A DNA stretch of 64,000 bases from an uncultured Alphaproteobacteria bacterium. Lineage in GTDB: Bacteria > Pseudomonadota > Alphaproteobacteria > RF32 > CAG-239. The notes below the pieces were generated by a model. That model made no database searches, had not been told where the DNA came from, and worked only from the letters and a program-made list of their open reading frames with translations. Shown one piece after another: positions 35,766-44,009 of this stretch. The stretch is from the NCBI GenBank assembly GCA_934271195.1, contig CAKQRB010000021.1, forward strand, positions 21-64,020. Direction: 5' to 3'. The first letter of the stretch is position 1. Every line of letters begins with the position of its first letter. Position numbers and translations under genes: made by a program.

Positions 35766-36848
35766 CTATTTAACTTCGCCGATATACATGCCAAGGTCAA
35801 TAGCGGCTTTAACAAAGTCGCTGTGCGTGTTCAACAGCGTTGTGCCTTCTTTAACCACGTCTTCCAAAGCATAAGCTTGAACGTGGCCGTCTTTCCACGC
35901 AACCATCTTGTTGCTTTCGCCTTTGGCCAGCAGCTCAATGGCTTTGGCGCCGAAGACGGCAGCCAGCAGGCGGTCAAGAGCGGCCGGCGTACCGGAACGC
36001 TGAATGTGTCCGAGCTGGGTTACGCGAATCTGAAAATCTTTGTAACGGCTGCTGATTTCGTTGTTAAGATATTGGCCGATGCCGCCGTAAACAGCCTCGC
36101 CGACCATGTTCTTTTTGTTGGAAAGGTGTTCGCCGTTTTCGGTCTTGATACCTTCCGAAACGACCAATACGGCATGATTGCGACCGCTGGCTTTAATGGA
36201 TTTGAGCTTATTGATAATGCCGTCAATGCTGTATGGAATTTCCGGCACCAGACAAACGTCGGCAGAACCGGCCAAAGCGGAATGCATTGCCAAATGTCCG
36301 GCATCGCGTCCCATAACTTCCATAATCAGTGCGCGGTTGTGAGAACGTGCGGTCCATTCCAAATCGTCAATAGCCTGCGTGCAAACCTGAACGGCAGATT
36401 GAAAGCCAACAGAAAATTCGGTAATCGGAGTATCATTGTCAATAGTTTTGGGAATGCCGATAACGCGAACGTCAGTGCCTTTGCAGTAGTTGCTGACAAT
36501 GTTCATGCTGCCGTCGCCGCCGACAACGACAATGGCGTCCAGTCCAAGGTCTTTAACGCCCTGTGCAAAACGTCTGGACATTTCTTCCAGAGATTCCATT
36601 TTAACGCCTTTGTTCAAAGATCCAAGGTAAGAACCGCTGAGTCTCGGCCAAGGGGAGTCGGAAAAATTATGAACGGTGAGAACTTCAAAACTGTGGGGCG
36701 TTTCGGTAATGCCGTCAGTACCGTTATGAATACCATAAACCTCCCAGCCTTTTTTGCTGGCGGCTTCTACAACCGCGCTGATAACGGCATTAAGTCCGGC
36801 GCAGTCGCCGCCGCTTGTCAAAACACCAATTCTTTTAATTTTATCCAT
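35766..36848 (-). CDS. pfk: 6-phosphofructokinase (PfkA family; phosphoryl donor uncertain)
   Basis: GVLTSGGDCAGLN, GGDGS and IPKTIDND. Start moved to ATG 36848 (AAGGAG RBS). Confidence 0.88.
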   Translation of the reverse strand: MDKIKRIGVLTSGGDCAGLNAVISAVVEAASKKGWEVYGIHNGTDGITETPHSFEVLTVHNFSDSPWPRLSGSYLGSLNKGVKMESLEEMSRRFAQGVKDLGLDAIVVVGGDGSMNIVSNYCKGTDVRVIGIPKTIDNDTPITEFSVGFQSAVQVCTQAIDDLEWTARSHNRALIMEVMGRDAGHLAMHSALAGSADVCLVPEIPYSIDGIINKLKSIKASGRNHAVLVVSEGIKTENGEHLSNKKNMVGEAVYGGIGQYLNNEISSRYKDFQIRVTQLGHIQRSGTPAALDRLLAAVFGAKAIELLAKGESNKMVAWKDGHVQAYALEDVVKEGTTLLNTHSDFVKAAIDLGMYIGEVK

Positions 36849-36943
36849 CAAAAAACTCCTTGTTTTTAATATAAAAAAGATTAAATTTAAGACTATAATA
36901 AAATATTCGGGGCATTTATACACCAAGATTTTAAACAAGTCTA

Positions 36944-36972
36944 TTGCAATTTTGAAAATTATCGTGTATAAT
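36944..36972 (+). promoter_or_regulatory. Near-consensus sigma70 promoter upstream of the small ORF and rpsU
   Basis: TTGCAA-17 nt-TATAAT with an extended -10 TG (GTGTATAAT). Confidence 0.55.
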
Positions 36973-37045
36973 ACATATAAATTTTATGGAAATATTTCCA
37001 GCAAAAAATAAGTTATCAAATTTTTTCTTAATAAAGGTAGGTTTA

Positions 37046-37258
37046 ATGACCAATTTAAGCACTTTGGACAAGCTCCAACAACAATTGTGCGAACTAAAGT
37101 TAGAAGAGAGAAGAGTTCGTTCGGACATCAAAAATCTGGTCAGAAAGAATTCGACAATTGATTTTTTTCAGGCAAAACAACTAAATAGCCTCCGCACCGG
37201 TGTCAAAAGCCGGATAAAAAGCGTTGAGTCTAAAATCATGCCTAATATTATTGCATAA
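37046..37258 (+). CDS. Small coiled-coil hypothetical protein
   Basis: ORF 36986..37258, with the start moved to ATG 37046 (AAAGGTAGG RBS). Confidence 0.45.
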   Translation: MTNLSTLDKLQQQLCELKLEERRVRSDIKNLVRKNSTIDFFQAKQLNSLRTGVKSRIKSVESKIMPNIIA

Positions 37259-37346
37259 AATGATTGCAAAATCAGATTTTGTGTGTTAATAAATAGCGCG
37301 AAACTCGTTATTAACCTTTTAAAATAAGTGAAATGGGGTGATTTAA

Positions 37347-37553
37347 GTGGTTCAAGTTACTGTTATCGGTAATGATGTAGCTCAGTCTCTGAAAGTTTTG
37401 AAAAAGAAGATGCAAAGAGAAGGTGTCTTCCGCGAGATGAAATTAAGACGTCATCATGAGAAAAATTCTGAGAAAAAAGCCCGTCGTCAGGCTGAAGCCG
37501 TAAGACGCGCGCGCAAACAGCTGCGGAAACGCTTAGATACTGAAGGATTCTAG
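37347..37553 (+). CDS. rpsU: 30S ribosomal protein S21
   Basis: VQVTV...[31 protein letters not shown] is typical of S21. GTG start. Confidence 0.9.
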   Translation: MVQVTVIGNDVAQSLKVLKKKMQREGVFREMKLRRHHEKNSEKKARRQAEAVRRARKQLRKRLDTEGF

Positions 37554-37570
37554 TCCTTTGGAGAATTTTG

Positions 37571-37598
37571 AAAAGGAGGCTTTTAGCCTCCTTTTTGC
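37571..37598. terminator. Bidirectional terminator between rpsU and the Cys-rich gene
   Basis: AAGGAGGC-TTTTA-GCCTCCTT flanked by A and T runs. Confidence 0.7.
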
Positions 37599-37625
37599 AT
37601 ACTCGTAATAAAAATAAATTAGCCG

Positions 37626-38702
37626 CTACGAACAACTGTAACTGTGATTAAACTCGCCATCACAAAGAGTTGAAGGGCATCTGCTAGAGCTCTCGTGGTC
37701 ATCCGCCGCCCAATCACACCAATCCTGCTGTTTCCAACACGCTTCTGAAATGTTATAATTTCCTCCGGTATAGTCGCAACTCAAAAAACACCATCCGCCT
37801 GACCAAGTTGTAGAAATACTTGTAAGAGAATGGCAACTTGATCCGCCACCGGAACTACCACCGCCGGAATAACATCCAGAGCCACCGCAGCGCGTATCAC
37901 ATGATTGGATAGATCCGTCAGTACAGCAGTCACCATGACATGTTGAGTGAACGGAACACCAGTCTGAAGAGTAGCGATTACAACATGAAACGGAGTTATA
38001 GCAGGTTTTGTTGCCACAACCGTTTTTCTTGGAGGACGAACATCCGGTAGGGTCAGAGGAATAAGGATAACCGGACGGGCAGTTCATGTTGCAGGTGTAA
38101 TAACAGGTATATTCGCAGCCGTCGGTGCCGTTCGTTCCGTAGTTCTTAGAAGTAAGAGAAGTATAATCGGGACAACCTGACGGTTTACAACAGGTTCCGT
38201 AAGAATTATCATAAGAGCATCGTCCGGAGTTCTTTTTAAGCTTCTGACCGGAAGGACAAGAGTTAGTATAACCTGTATCCCGACAAGCGCGGGGATTGTC
38301 AGTCTTGCATTGTTTGTAAAGAGAACCGTCACTCGGACAAGGAGTGTCAACATATTGAGGAATGGAGCATGAGGTCGTGTTATATCCGTTTTGTTTACAC
38401 CACTTCGCGGCGTCGCATTTAAGATAATGGTCGTCACGAGAACATTTTCCGGCATCGGCATAATATTGCGGACACTTGCCGTCAGCATAGTAGGTGAAGC
38501 CGTTGCTTTCACAAAAAGCGGAATCTTCATTCATATTCATGTTTCCGCCGCCACCGGCAAGATCATCATCAGCACAGTCTGGCAGGAAGCAAACGCCACA
38601 GTAAGCGGAGGTTGGGAGGAGAACCGAGAAAGCTGCGGCAACAGCAAAAACTGACACCGCAGAGTTTAGTTTCATGTGTAGCATAGTGTTAGTATTCTTC
38701 AT
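37626..38702 (-). CDS. Secreted cysteine-rich protein (about 41 Cys in 358 aa)
   Basis: GGGAGGAAGCCG RBS. Signal peptide ...AVSVFAVAAAFSVLLPTSA. G/S/Y/N/C-rich mature part with recurring G[YF]T..C and CPSG motifs. Confidence 0.75.
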   Translation of the reverse strand: MKNTNTMLHMKLNSAVSVFAVAAAFSVLLPTSAYCGVCFLPDCADDDLAGGGGNMNMNEDSAFCESNGFTYYADGKCPQYYADAGKCSRDDHYLKCDAAKWCKQNGYNTTSCSIPQYVDTPCPSDGSLYKQCKTDNPRACRDTGYTNSCPSGQKLKKNSGRCSYDNSYGTCCKPSGCPDYTSLTSKNYGTNGTDGCEYTCYYTCNMNCPSGYPYSSDPTGCSSSKKNGCGNKTCYNSVSCCNRYSSDWCSVHSTCHGDCCTDGSIQSCDTRCGGSGCYSGGGSSGGGSSCHSLTSISTTWSGGWCFLSCDYTGGNYNISEACWKQQDWCDWAADDHESSSRCPSTLCDGEFNHSYSCS

Positions 38703-38937
38703 CGGCTTCCTCCCTAAAAAGTTCCAATACTAAGATTAGTATATCATAAAGAAACGCCAGTGTCAAACACTCATGAAGAATAATGTGGAAATTTTGGGCA
38801 GAGGAGTGGGAAAAGCAGTGGAGATTTTGGCTAAGATAAAAACTTTAGCCAAATCTGTGTGTTATCGTCTAAAAGCATAAAATTAAACACTTTATCAAAG
38901 ACAAGCTTAAGGAGAATATTAAATTTAAGAAACCATC

Positions 38938-39723
38938 TTATGAAATGATAATTTGTTTGATTTGAACAGCCAAGCCTGTTGTGTCGTCCGTTTCAATAAA
39001 CACGCCGCAGAAGGTTCCTTTTCCTTTTGCCGGACAGAGGCGCCCGCCGGTATACTTGCGGGTCAGCCGATTCACCGGTTCTTCTTTTTCAAAGCCGATG
39101 ACCGAGTTATAATCGCCGCACATTCCGACATCGGTCATATAAGCCGTGCCGCCGTCACGAATGGTCGCGTCAGCCGTTGGAATATGGGTATGGGAGCCGA
39201 TAACAGCCGAAACCCGTCCGTCCAGATAATGTCCGACCGAAACTTTTTCAGCGGTGGCTTCGGCGTGAATATCAACAAATATGGCATCAATATTTTTGCC
39301 AAGTGTATAATTTTTGAGCAAATTGTCAATTGCCTGTGCCGGACAGTCTACGGCTTCCATAAAAAGCCGACCAAGTAGCTGGGTGACCAGAATTTTTTTG
39401 CCGTTGGCCAGTTCAAATTCAACAAAACCATGCCCCGGCAGGTGAGGCGGATAATTCAACGGCCGTACGATTCTTTTGCATTCATTCAAAAACGGAATAA
39501 GCTCGCGCTGTTGCCAGACATGGTTTCCGGTTACCAGTACGTCAGTGCCTTTTTGTAAAAAATCTTTGCAAATTGCGGGGGTTGCGCCAAAACCATGAGC
39601 TGCGTTTTCAATATTTACAATAAAAACGTCAGGATGATAAATGTCTTTGAGACTGTCAATATTGTTGAGAACGGCTTCTCGGCCGGCTCTGGCGACAACA
39701 TCGCCGCAATAAATTATCTTCAA
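38938..39723 (-). CDS. ymdB: YmdB-like metallophosphoesterase (TIGR00282 family)
   Basis: MKIIYCGDVVARAGR, NIENAAHGFG and GNH motifs. TTG start with an AAGGAG RBS. Confidence 0.8.
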   Translation of the reverse strand: MKIIYCGDVVARAGREAVLNNIDSLKDIYHPDVFIVNIENAAHGFGATPAICKDFLQKGTDVLVTGNHVWQQRELIPFLNECKRIVRPLNYPPHLPGHGFVEFELANGKKILVTQLLGRLFMEAVDCPAQAIDNLLKNYTLGKNIDAIFVDIHAEATAEKVSVGHYLDGRVSAVIGSHTHIPTADATIRDGGTAYMTDVGMCGDYNSVIGFEKEEPVNRLTRKYTGGRLCPAKGKGTFCGVFIETDDTTGLAVQIKQIIIS

Positions 39724-39756
39724 CCGAAGACTCCTTGCTGTTTGGGCTTTGGCAAC

Positions 39757-39945
39757 AAAAAAATCCCGAAAGGGGGATTTTATTGGGAAGGTGCCGTCTG
39801 ACCGTATGGATTACATTCTAATCGAACCGCTTGGACAAAGTGGGTGCCGTAATAACTAAACCTCGGTTCAGACAGGGACAGCTCCCTATAAAAAAATGTT
39901 GGCTCGGTAGACCTGCGGAAATACGAGCCAGACAGTCACCTTCTA
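39757..39945 (-). ncRNA. Candidate structured ncRNA downstream of zapA (possibly 6S/SsrS by position)
   Basis: Long-range pairing of GAAGGUG..GUCUG (39943-39929) with CAGAC..CACCUUC (39800-39787). Internal hairpins. Ends in the terminator AUCCC-loop-GGGAU-U7. Confidence 0.4.
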
Positions 39946-39955
39946 TGCCTATAGG

Positions 39956-40291
39956 CTACAACATTTCGATAGAAGATGCAACAGAAATTATCTGATTTTT
40001 TAAACTTTTTATCTCTTCGCTCAGAGAAGCGTCAAAATCAAGAAGTTGCGAGTTATCCACAGCAACGGCTGATGAGCTTTTTCCGGCTTTTTTAAGTTCG
40101 CTCAGCTCATCAGCCAGCAAAAGGCCGGCCAGAACCAAAACCATGCTTTCATTAACCTGTCCGACGGATAGGTTAAGAGCCTTAGCTTTTTCGTCAAGCA
40201 GGCGCGCCAGCTGAATGATGCGGACTTCTTGTCCGTCCTCGCAGGCTACGGCATACTCGCGCGAATTAATTGTGATTGTTACCTGAGCCAT
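39956..40291 (-). CDS. zapA: Cell division protein ZapA
   Basis: MAQVTITINSREYAVACEDGQE... is the typical ZapA N-terminus, followed by a coiled-coil C-terminus. Confidence 0.85.
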   Translation of the reverse strand: MAQVTITINSREYAVACEDGQEVRIIQLARLLDEKAKALNLSVGQVNESMVLVLAGLLLADELSELKKAGKSSSAVAVDNSQLLDFDASLSEEIKSLKNQIISVASSIEML

Positions 40292-40538
40292 CTTTTTCCA
40301 AAACTTTATCCAAACGGTTGATTACGGAATCGACATTGTCGATAATCTGAGCATAAGAAGACTTCATTGCCTCGATTTTCTTTTCGCGCAACTTAATGTC
40401 GGCGACAAACTTCTTTTGTCTTTGCAAAACTTCTTTTTTCTTACCGTCCAGAACTTCATTTAAATGAGCCAAAGCGTTGCTGAGTTCGGAAATTGCCTCG
40501 TTTGTCTTCGGCAGAAGGATATTTTTTGTATCAGTCAA
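40266..40538 (-). CDS. DUF4164/ZauP-like coiled-coil protein upstream of zapA
   Basis: 90-aa coiled-coil ORF with a TTG start and a GGAAGAG RBS. It overlaps zapA by 26 nt, and this gene order is known from Caulobacter. Confidence 0.6.
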   Translation of the reverse strand: MTDTKNILLPKTNEAISELSNALAHLNEVLDGKKKEVLQRQKKFVADIKLREKKIEAMKSSYAQIIDNVDSVINRLDKVLEKDGSGNNHN

Positions 40539-40638
40539 AATATTTCTCTTCCTTTTCTGAGATTATTCTCGTATATTAATATCAATTCGGCAATATAGTA
40601 CTAACATATCAGACTTTTTCAAGTAACAAAAAACAATT

Positions 40639-41178
40639 ATGCAAAGTTTTATAATAAAATTAGAAAATCAGAACGAAGACTTAATCAATGATGATAACAT
40701 TTGCTGTTATCTCATCGATTCTTCTTATAAAAAAGAAAAGATTAATGCGTTGGCAGCGCGGATTCATGCCGGTGATTGCCTGCTGTTGGTCGGCGGAAAA
40801 AATGCGGACGACATCTGCTGTGAATATGGGCTGGACGGCGTGGTGGTTGAGGTATCTGAGAATCTGCCATATAAAAAACAACTTTCGGGTTTGCGTGAAA
40901 AAATCGGCAAGGGGCGCTTTGTCGGTGTAGTTTGCCCGCTGCAGCGCCATGCGGCCATGATTGTCAGCGAAACCGAACCGGATTTTGTGGCCTTTCGGAT
41001 TGACAGCCTGACACGGGCGAGGGAGATTGTTTCTTGGTATAATGAGCTGTTTCTGATTCAGTCTGCTGTCATAAGCGGTAAAGCTGACTGCGATTTGCGT
41101 GGGTTTGATACCGATTTTCTGATTCTCACTCCTGAAGAATTTAAAATTTTGGTTGCTAAAAAAGAAAGTTTAGATTAA
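40639..41178 (+). CDS. Hypothetical protein, weakly ThiE/TMP-TENI-like
   Basis: 179-aa ORF. The alternating beta/alpha pattern and GLDGVVV are weakly suggestive. Confidence 0.4.
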   Translation: MQSFIIKLENQNEDLINDDNICCYLIDSSYKKEKINALAARIHAGDCLLLVGGKNADDICCEYGLDGVVVEVSENLPYKKQLSGLREKIGKGRFVGVVCPLQRHAAMIVSETEPDFVAFRIDSLTRAREIVSWYNELFLIQSAVISGKADCDLRGFDTDFLILTPEEFKILVAKKESLD

Positions 41179-41215
41179 TTATTATTCAAAAAAATAAATA
41201 TGGAGACAAATAACA

Positions 41216-41779
41216 ATGAAACAATTAGCAGGATCAATCAGAATTGGCTGGGTTATTGAATACAAAGGAAAAGCCTGGACCGTAACCAAAGCTCAACACA
41301 TCAAACCGGGAAAAGGCGGCGCTTTTATGCAGGTGGAGATGAAAGCCGTTGAAGAAGGCACCAAAACCAACGAGCGTTTCAGAACCGAAGACAGCGTTGA
41401 AAAATTGATGGTTGAAGAAAAAGACTGCCAGTTCCTGTTTGAGGATTCTAACGGTCTGACCTTTATGGAAAGCGAAACCTTTGAACAATTCACCATGCCG
41501 TCAGATATTCTGGGCGATTCCCGCCCGTTTATGACCGATGGTATGACGGTTTATATCAACTTTATTGATGGCAAGCCGATTTCTGTCGAGCTGCCGATGC
41601 AGGTTGTCTGCACCGTTGTTGAAACCGAACCGGTGGTTAAAGGCCAGACCGCGTCTTCCTCTTATAAGCCGAGCGTTTTGGACAACGGCGTCCGCGTTAT
41701 GGTTCCGCCGTTTATCAATACCGGTGACAAAATCGTTGTTGCCACCACCGATGCAACTTATGTAGAGAGAGCCAAATAA
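41216..41779 (+). CDS. efp: Elongation factor P
   Basis: HIKPGKGGAFMQVEMK loop region. 187 aa. GGAG RBS. Confidence 0.93.
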   Translation: MKQLAGSIRIGWVIEYKGKAWTVTKAQHIKPGKGGAFMQVEMKAVEEGTKTNERFRTEDSVEKLMVEEKDCQFLFEDSNGLTFMESETFEQFTMPSDILGDSRPFMTDGMTVYINFIDGKPISVELPMQVVCTVVETEPVVKGQTASSSYKPSVLDNGVRVMVPPFINTGDKIVVATTDATYVERAK

Positions 41780-42582
41780 TGTCTTATCTTTCCCCTGTTT
41801 CAGCCATGCTGGTCAATGCTGTCAAAAAAGCCGGACAGTCCTTGACCCGTGACTTTAATGAAGTTGAAAAATTGCAGAATTCCGTAAAAGGGCACAGCGA
41901 ATTTGTGGTATCTGCCGTTAACCGCGTGACCAGAAGTCTGCAGCAGGAATTGTCCAAAGCCAAACCGAATTATCCGTTTTATGCAGATGGAAAACCGCGT
42001 CCGCAAGGAGTGCATTTTGTTGTTTCTCCGATTGACGGGATAATGAACTTTGCGCACGGGATTCCCTATTTTTCAATTTCTGCTTCAATCGTGGAAAATG
42101 AAACCACGCTGGCTTCTGTCATTTATAATCCGGCTACCGACGAGTTGTTCTTTGCCGAAAAAGGCGTCGGTGCTTTCAAAGAAGGCTACCGGAATCACGA
42201 GCGCCTGCGTGTCTCTTCTCGCAAGGAACTGCATGGAGCGTTAACGGCGTCTTTGCTGAAGTACAGGGAAAAACCGGAAGAATATCATAACATTCACGGT
42301 CGCCTGATTGCCGGCACGGAAGATTTGCGGATTTTCGGTGCATTGAGCTTGGATTTGGCAAACGTTGCTGCCGGAAAACTTGATGCTGCGGTCAGTCTGG
42401 CAAACAGCGTTTCTGATCTGACGGCAGGTATTCTTTTGGTTAAAGAAGCCGGTGGTTCGGTTTTGGAAATTGCACAAAAAGATATCCGCTCGGAAGATCT
42501 GGCAGCGGTATTTGCCAGCGGTAATATTCTGGCTTCTAATCAGGCATTGGCCAAACCGGTTTATGAACTGCTGAACAAATAA
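41779..42582 (+). CDS. suhB: Inositol monophosphatase family protein
   Basis: IMPase motifs (SPIDGIMNF, and a region related to the family's WDxxAG motif). Start overlaps the efp stop. Confidence 0.8.
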   Translation: MSYLSPVSAMLVNAVKKAGQSLTRDFNEVEKLQNSVKGHSEFVVSAVNRVTRSLQQELSKAKPNYPFYADGKPRPQGVHFVVSPIDGIMNFAHGIPYFSISASIVENETTLASVIYNPATDELFFAEKGVGAFKEGYRNHERLRVSSRKELHGALTASLLKYREKPEEYHNIHGRLIAGTEDLRIFGALSLDLANVAAGKLDAAVSLANSVSDLTAGILLVKEAGGSVLEIAQKDIRSEDLAAVFASGNILASNQALAKPVYELLNK

Positions 42583-42613
42583 AGTTTGTAACTTTATAAA
42601 AACAGAGGGCAAA

Positions 42614-43585
42614 ATGATGAAAAAACAGAAGATATTGGTTTCCGCAATGGTCGCGTTAATGTTCTCGACAGCCGGCGTATCTGCTCAGGATGTGTATGTG
42701 GACTTGTCGGTTTTAGACAGTCTCATGACCGATTCTTCTGCTCCTTCCGCACCGCTTTTTCCGGTTGTTTCTCCGGATAGTCATTCGGTAAAAAAAGACG
42801 TCAAAAAAGCGCTTCATAAAGCTAAAAAACAAGTCAAAAAAGCTGTCCGCGCCGAAAAAGACGTTGTCAGTATTCCGCAAAAATCAGAAATCAAGGTCGA
42901 AAACCTGAAGCCGGTGTCCAACGACCGACCGGACTTGAGTTCGGAACACGCGCAGGTAAAAGATCAGCCAGTCAATAAGGCAGCTGCAGCCGAAGTTTTG
43001 GGCAATGTTGAAAAGGCGGCTTCTGCGCCGGAGACTGAGACCGCTTTGCCTCAGACACCGTCCAAAGCCAAAGCCGATTCGGATGTTTCTTCCAAAAATA
43101 ACGAGCTGACGGCAATCACTCCGGTTGAAATGCCGGAAAATACCGGAAACCAGACCATGCAGCCTGAACCGCAAAAGCCGGAAGCCGAAATTCAATTGCT
43201 GGTTTCTGTAGAACCTGCGGAATCAAAGACATTGCTGGTGTCACCAGCGGAGCAGACGTCAGTTCCGGCTGAACATAAGATCAGCGCCGCGGATAATCAT
43301 ATTGTCTTTGCCGAAGATGTTTCGGAATTAACGGAGGACCACAAAAAACAAATTGATGCGGTTGTTGCCGGATTTGAAGATCCGAAAAACAACAAGATTG
43401 CCATATTCTCTTACAATTATGACAACGGCGAAGATGTTTTTCGCAAAAAGCGTATGAGCCTGAGTCGTGCCGTGGAAATCCGCTCCTATTTGCTGGGCAA
43501 AGGCTATAAAAATTTCTCAATTAAGGTCATAAACGTTAATGAGGCTGATAAAAATAATCTGGTAATGGTTATCGAATTAAAATAA
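42614..43585 (+). CDS. Secreted protein with a low-complexity linker and an OmpA/MotB-like C-terminal domain
   Basis: Signal peptide MMKKQKILVSAMVALMFSTAGVSA. C-terminal ...LSRAVEIRSYLLGKGY. Confidence 0.5.
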   Translation: MMKKQKILVSAMVALMFSTAGVSAQDVYVDLSVLDSLMTDSSAPSAPLFPVVSPDSHSVKKDVKKALHKAKKQVKKAVRAEKDVVSIPQKSEIKVENLKPVSNDRPDLSSEHAQVKDQPVNKAAAAEVLGNVEKAASAPETETALPQTPSKAKADSDVSSKNNELTAITPVEMPENTGNQTMQPEPQKPEAEIQLLVSVEPAESKTLLVSPAEQTSVPAEHKISAADNHIVFAEDVSELTEDHKKQIDAVVAGFEDPKNNKIAIFSYNYDNGEDVFRKKRMSLSRAVEIRSYLLGKGYKNFSIKVINVNEADKNNLVMVIELK

Positions 43586-43684
43586 ATTTAAAATTTTTGT
43601 AAAATAAAGCTTGCTTAATTTATTTCTCTACTGTATAAGAGCAATAAAAATATGCAAAATATAGAAAAATTTGGAGAAAATAAA

Positions 43685-43927
43685 ATGAAAAAAGGTATTC
43701 ATCCTGACTATCATGAAATTACTTACATCATGACCGATGGAACAGAAGTAAAGACAAAATCCACTTGGGGCAAGGCTGGTGATGTAATGCGTCTGGAAGT
43801 AGACCCGAAATCTCATCCGGTTTGGACAGGTGTTTATCGTATGGTTGATACCGGCGGTCAATTGTCTAAATTCAAAAACAAATTTGGTGCTTTTGGTCTT
43901 AAAACCGGTGATGATGCTGCAAACTAA
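43685..43927 (+). CDS. rpmE: 50S ribosomal protein L31 (no CxxC zinc motif)
   Basis: MKKGIHPDYHEI... Start moved to ATG 43685 (GGAGAAAATAAA RBS). Confidence 0.9.
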   Translation: MKKGIHPDYHEITYIMTDGTEVKTKSTWGKAGDVMRLEVDPKSHPVWTGVYRMVDTGGQLSKFKNKFGAFGLKTGDDAAN

Positions 43928-43954
43928 TTTCATTATAGTTTAGCTTTTTGTTAA

Positions 43955-43989
43955 CCTGCATTTGGTAATTTGAATGCAGGTTTTTTTTA
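43955..43989 (+). terminator. Intrinsic terminator of rpmE
   Basis: CCTGCATT-loop-AATGCAGG followed by T9. Confidence 0.8.
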
Positions 43990-44009
43990 TGCAGGGACAA
44001 AGAACTGCC

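Noticed and set aside
35823-36869. 348-aa ORF antisense to almost the whole pfk gene. Similar long antisense ORFs: 10849..11940 and 11941..12657 (adhE), 54809..55885 (thrS), 53452..54219 (GT4), 62263..62970 (ftsE), 59317..59946, 46587..47051.
   Set aside because: These are typical shadow ORFs in the antisense frame of strongly biased genes. Their products are low-complexity (N/F/R/G-rich), have no RBS, and the sense-strand genes have unmistakable homology signatures.
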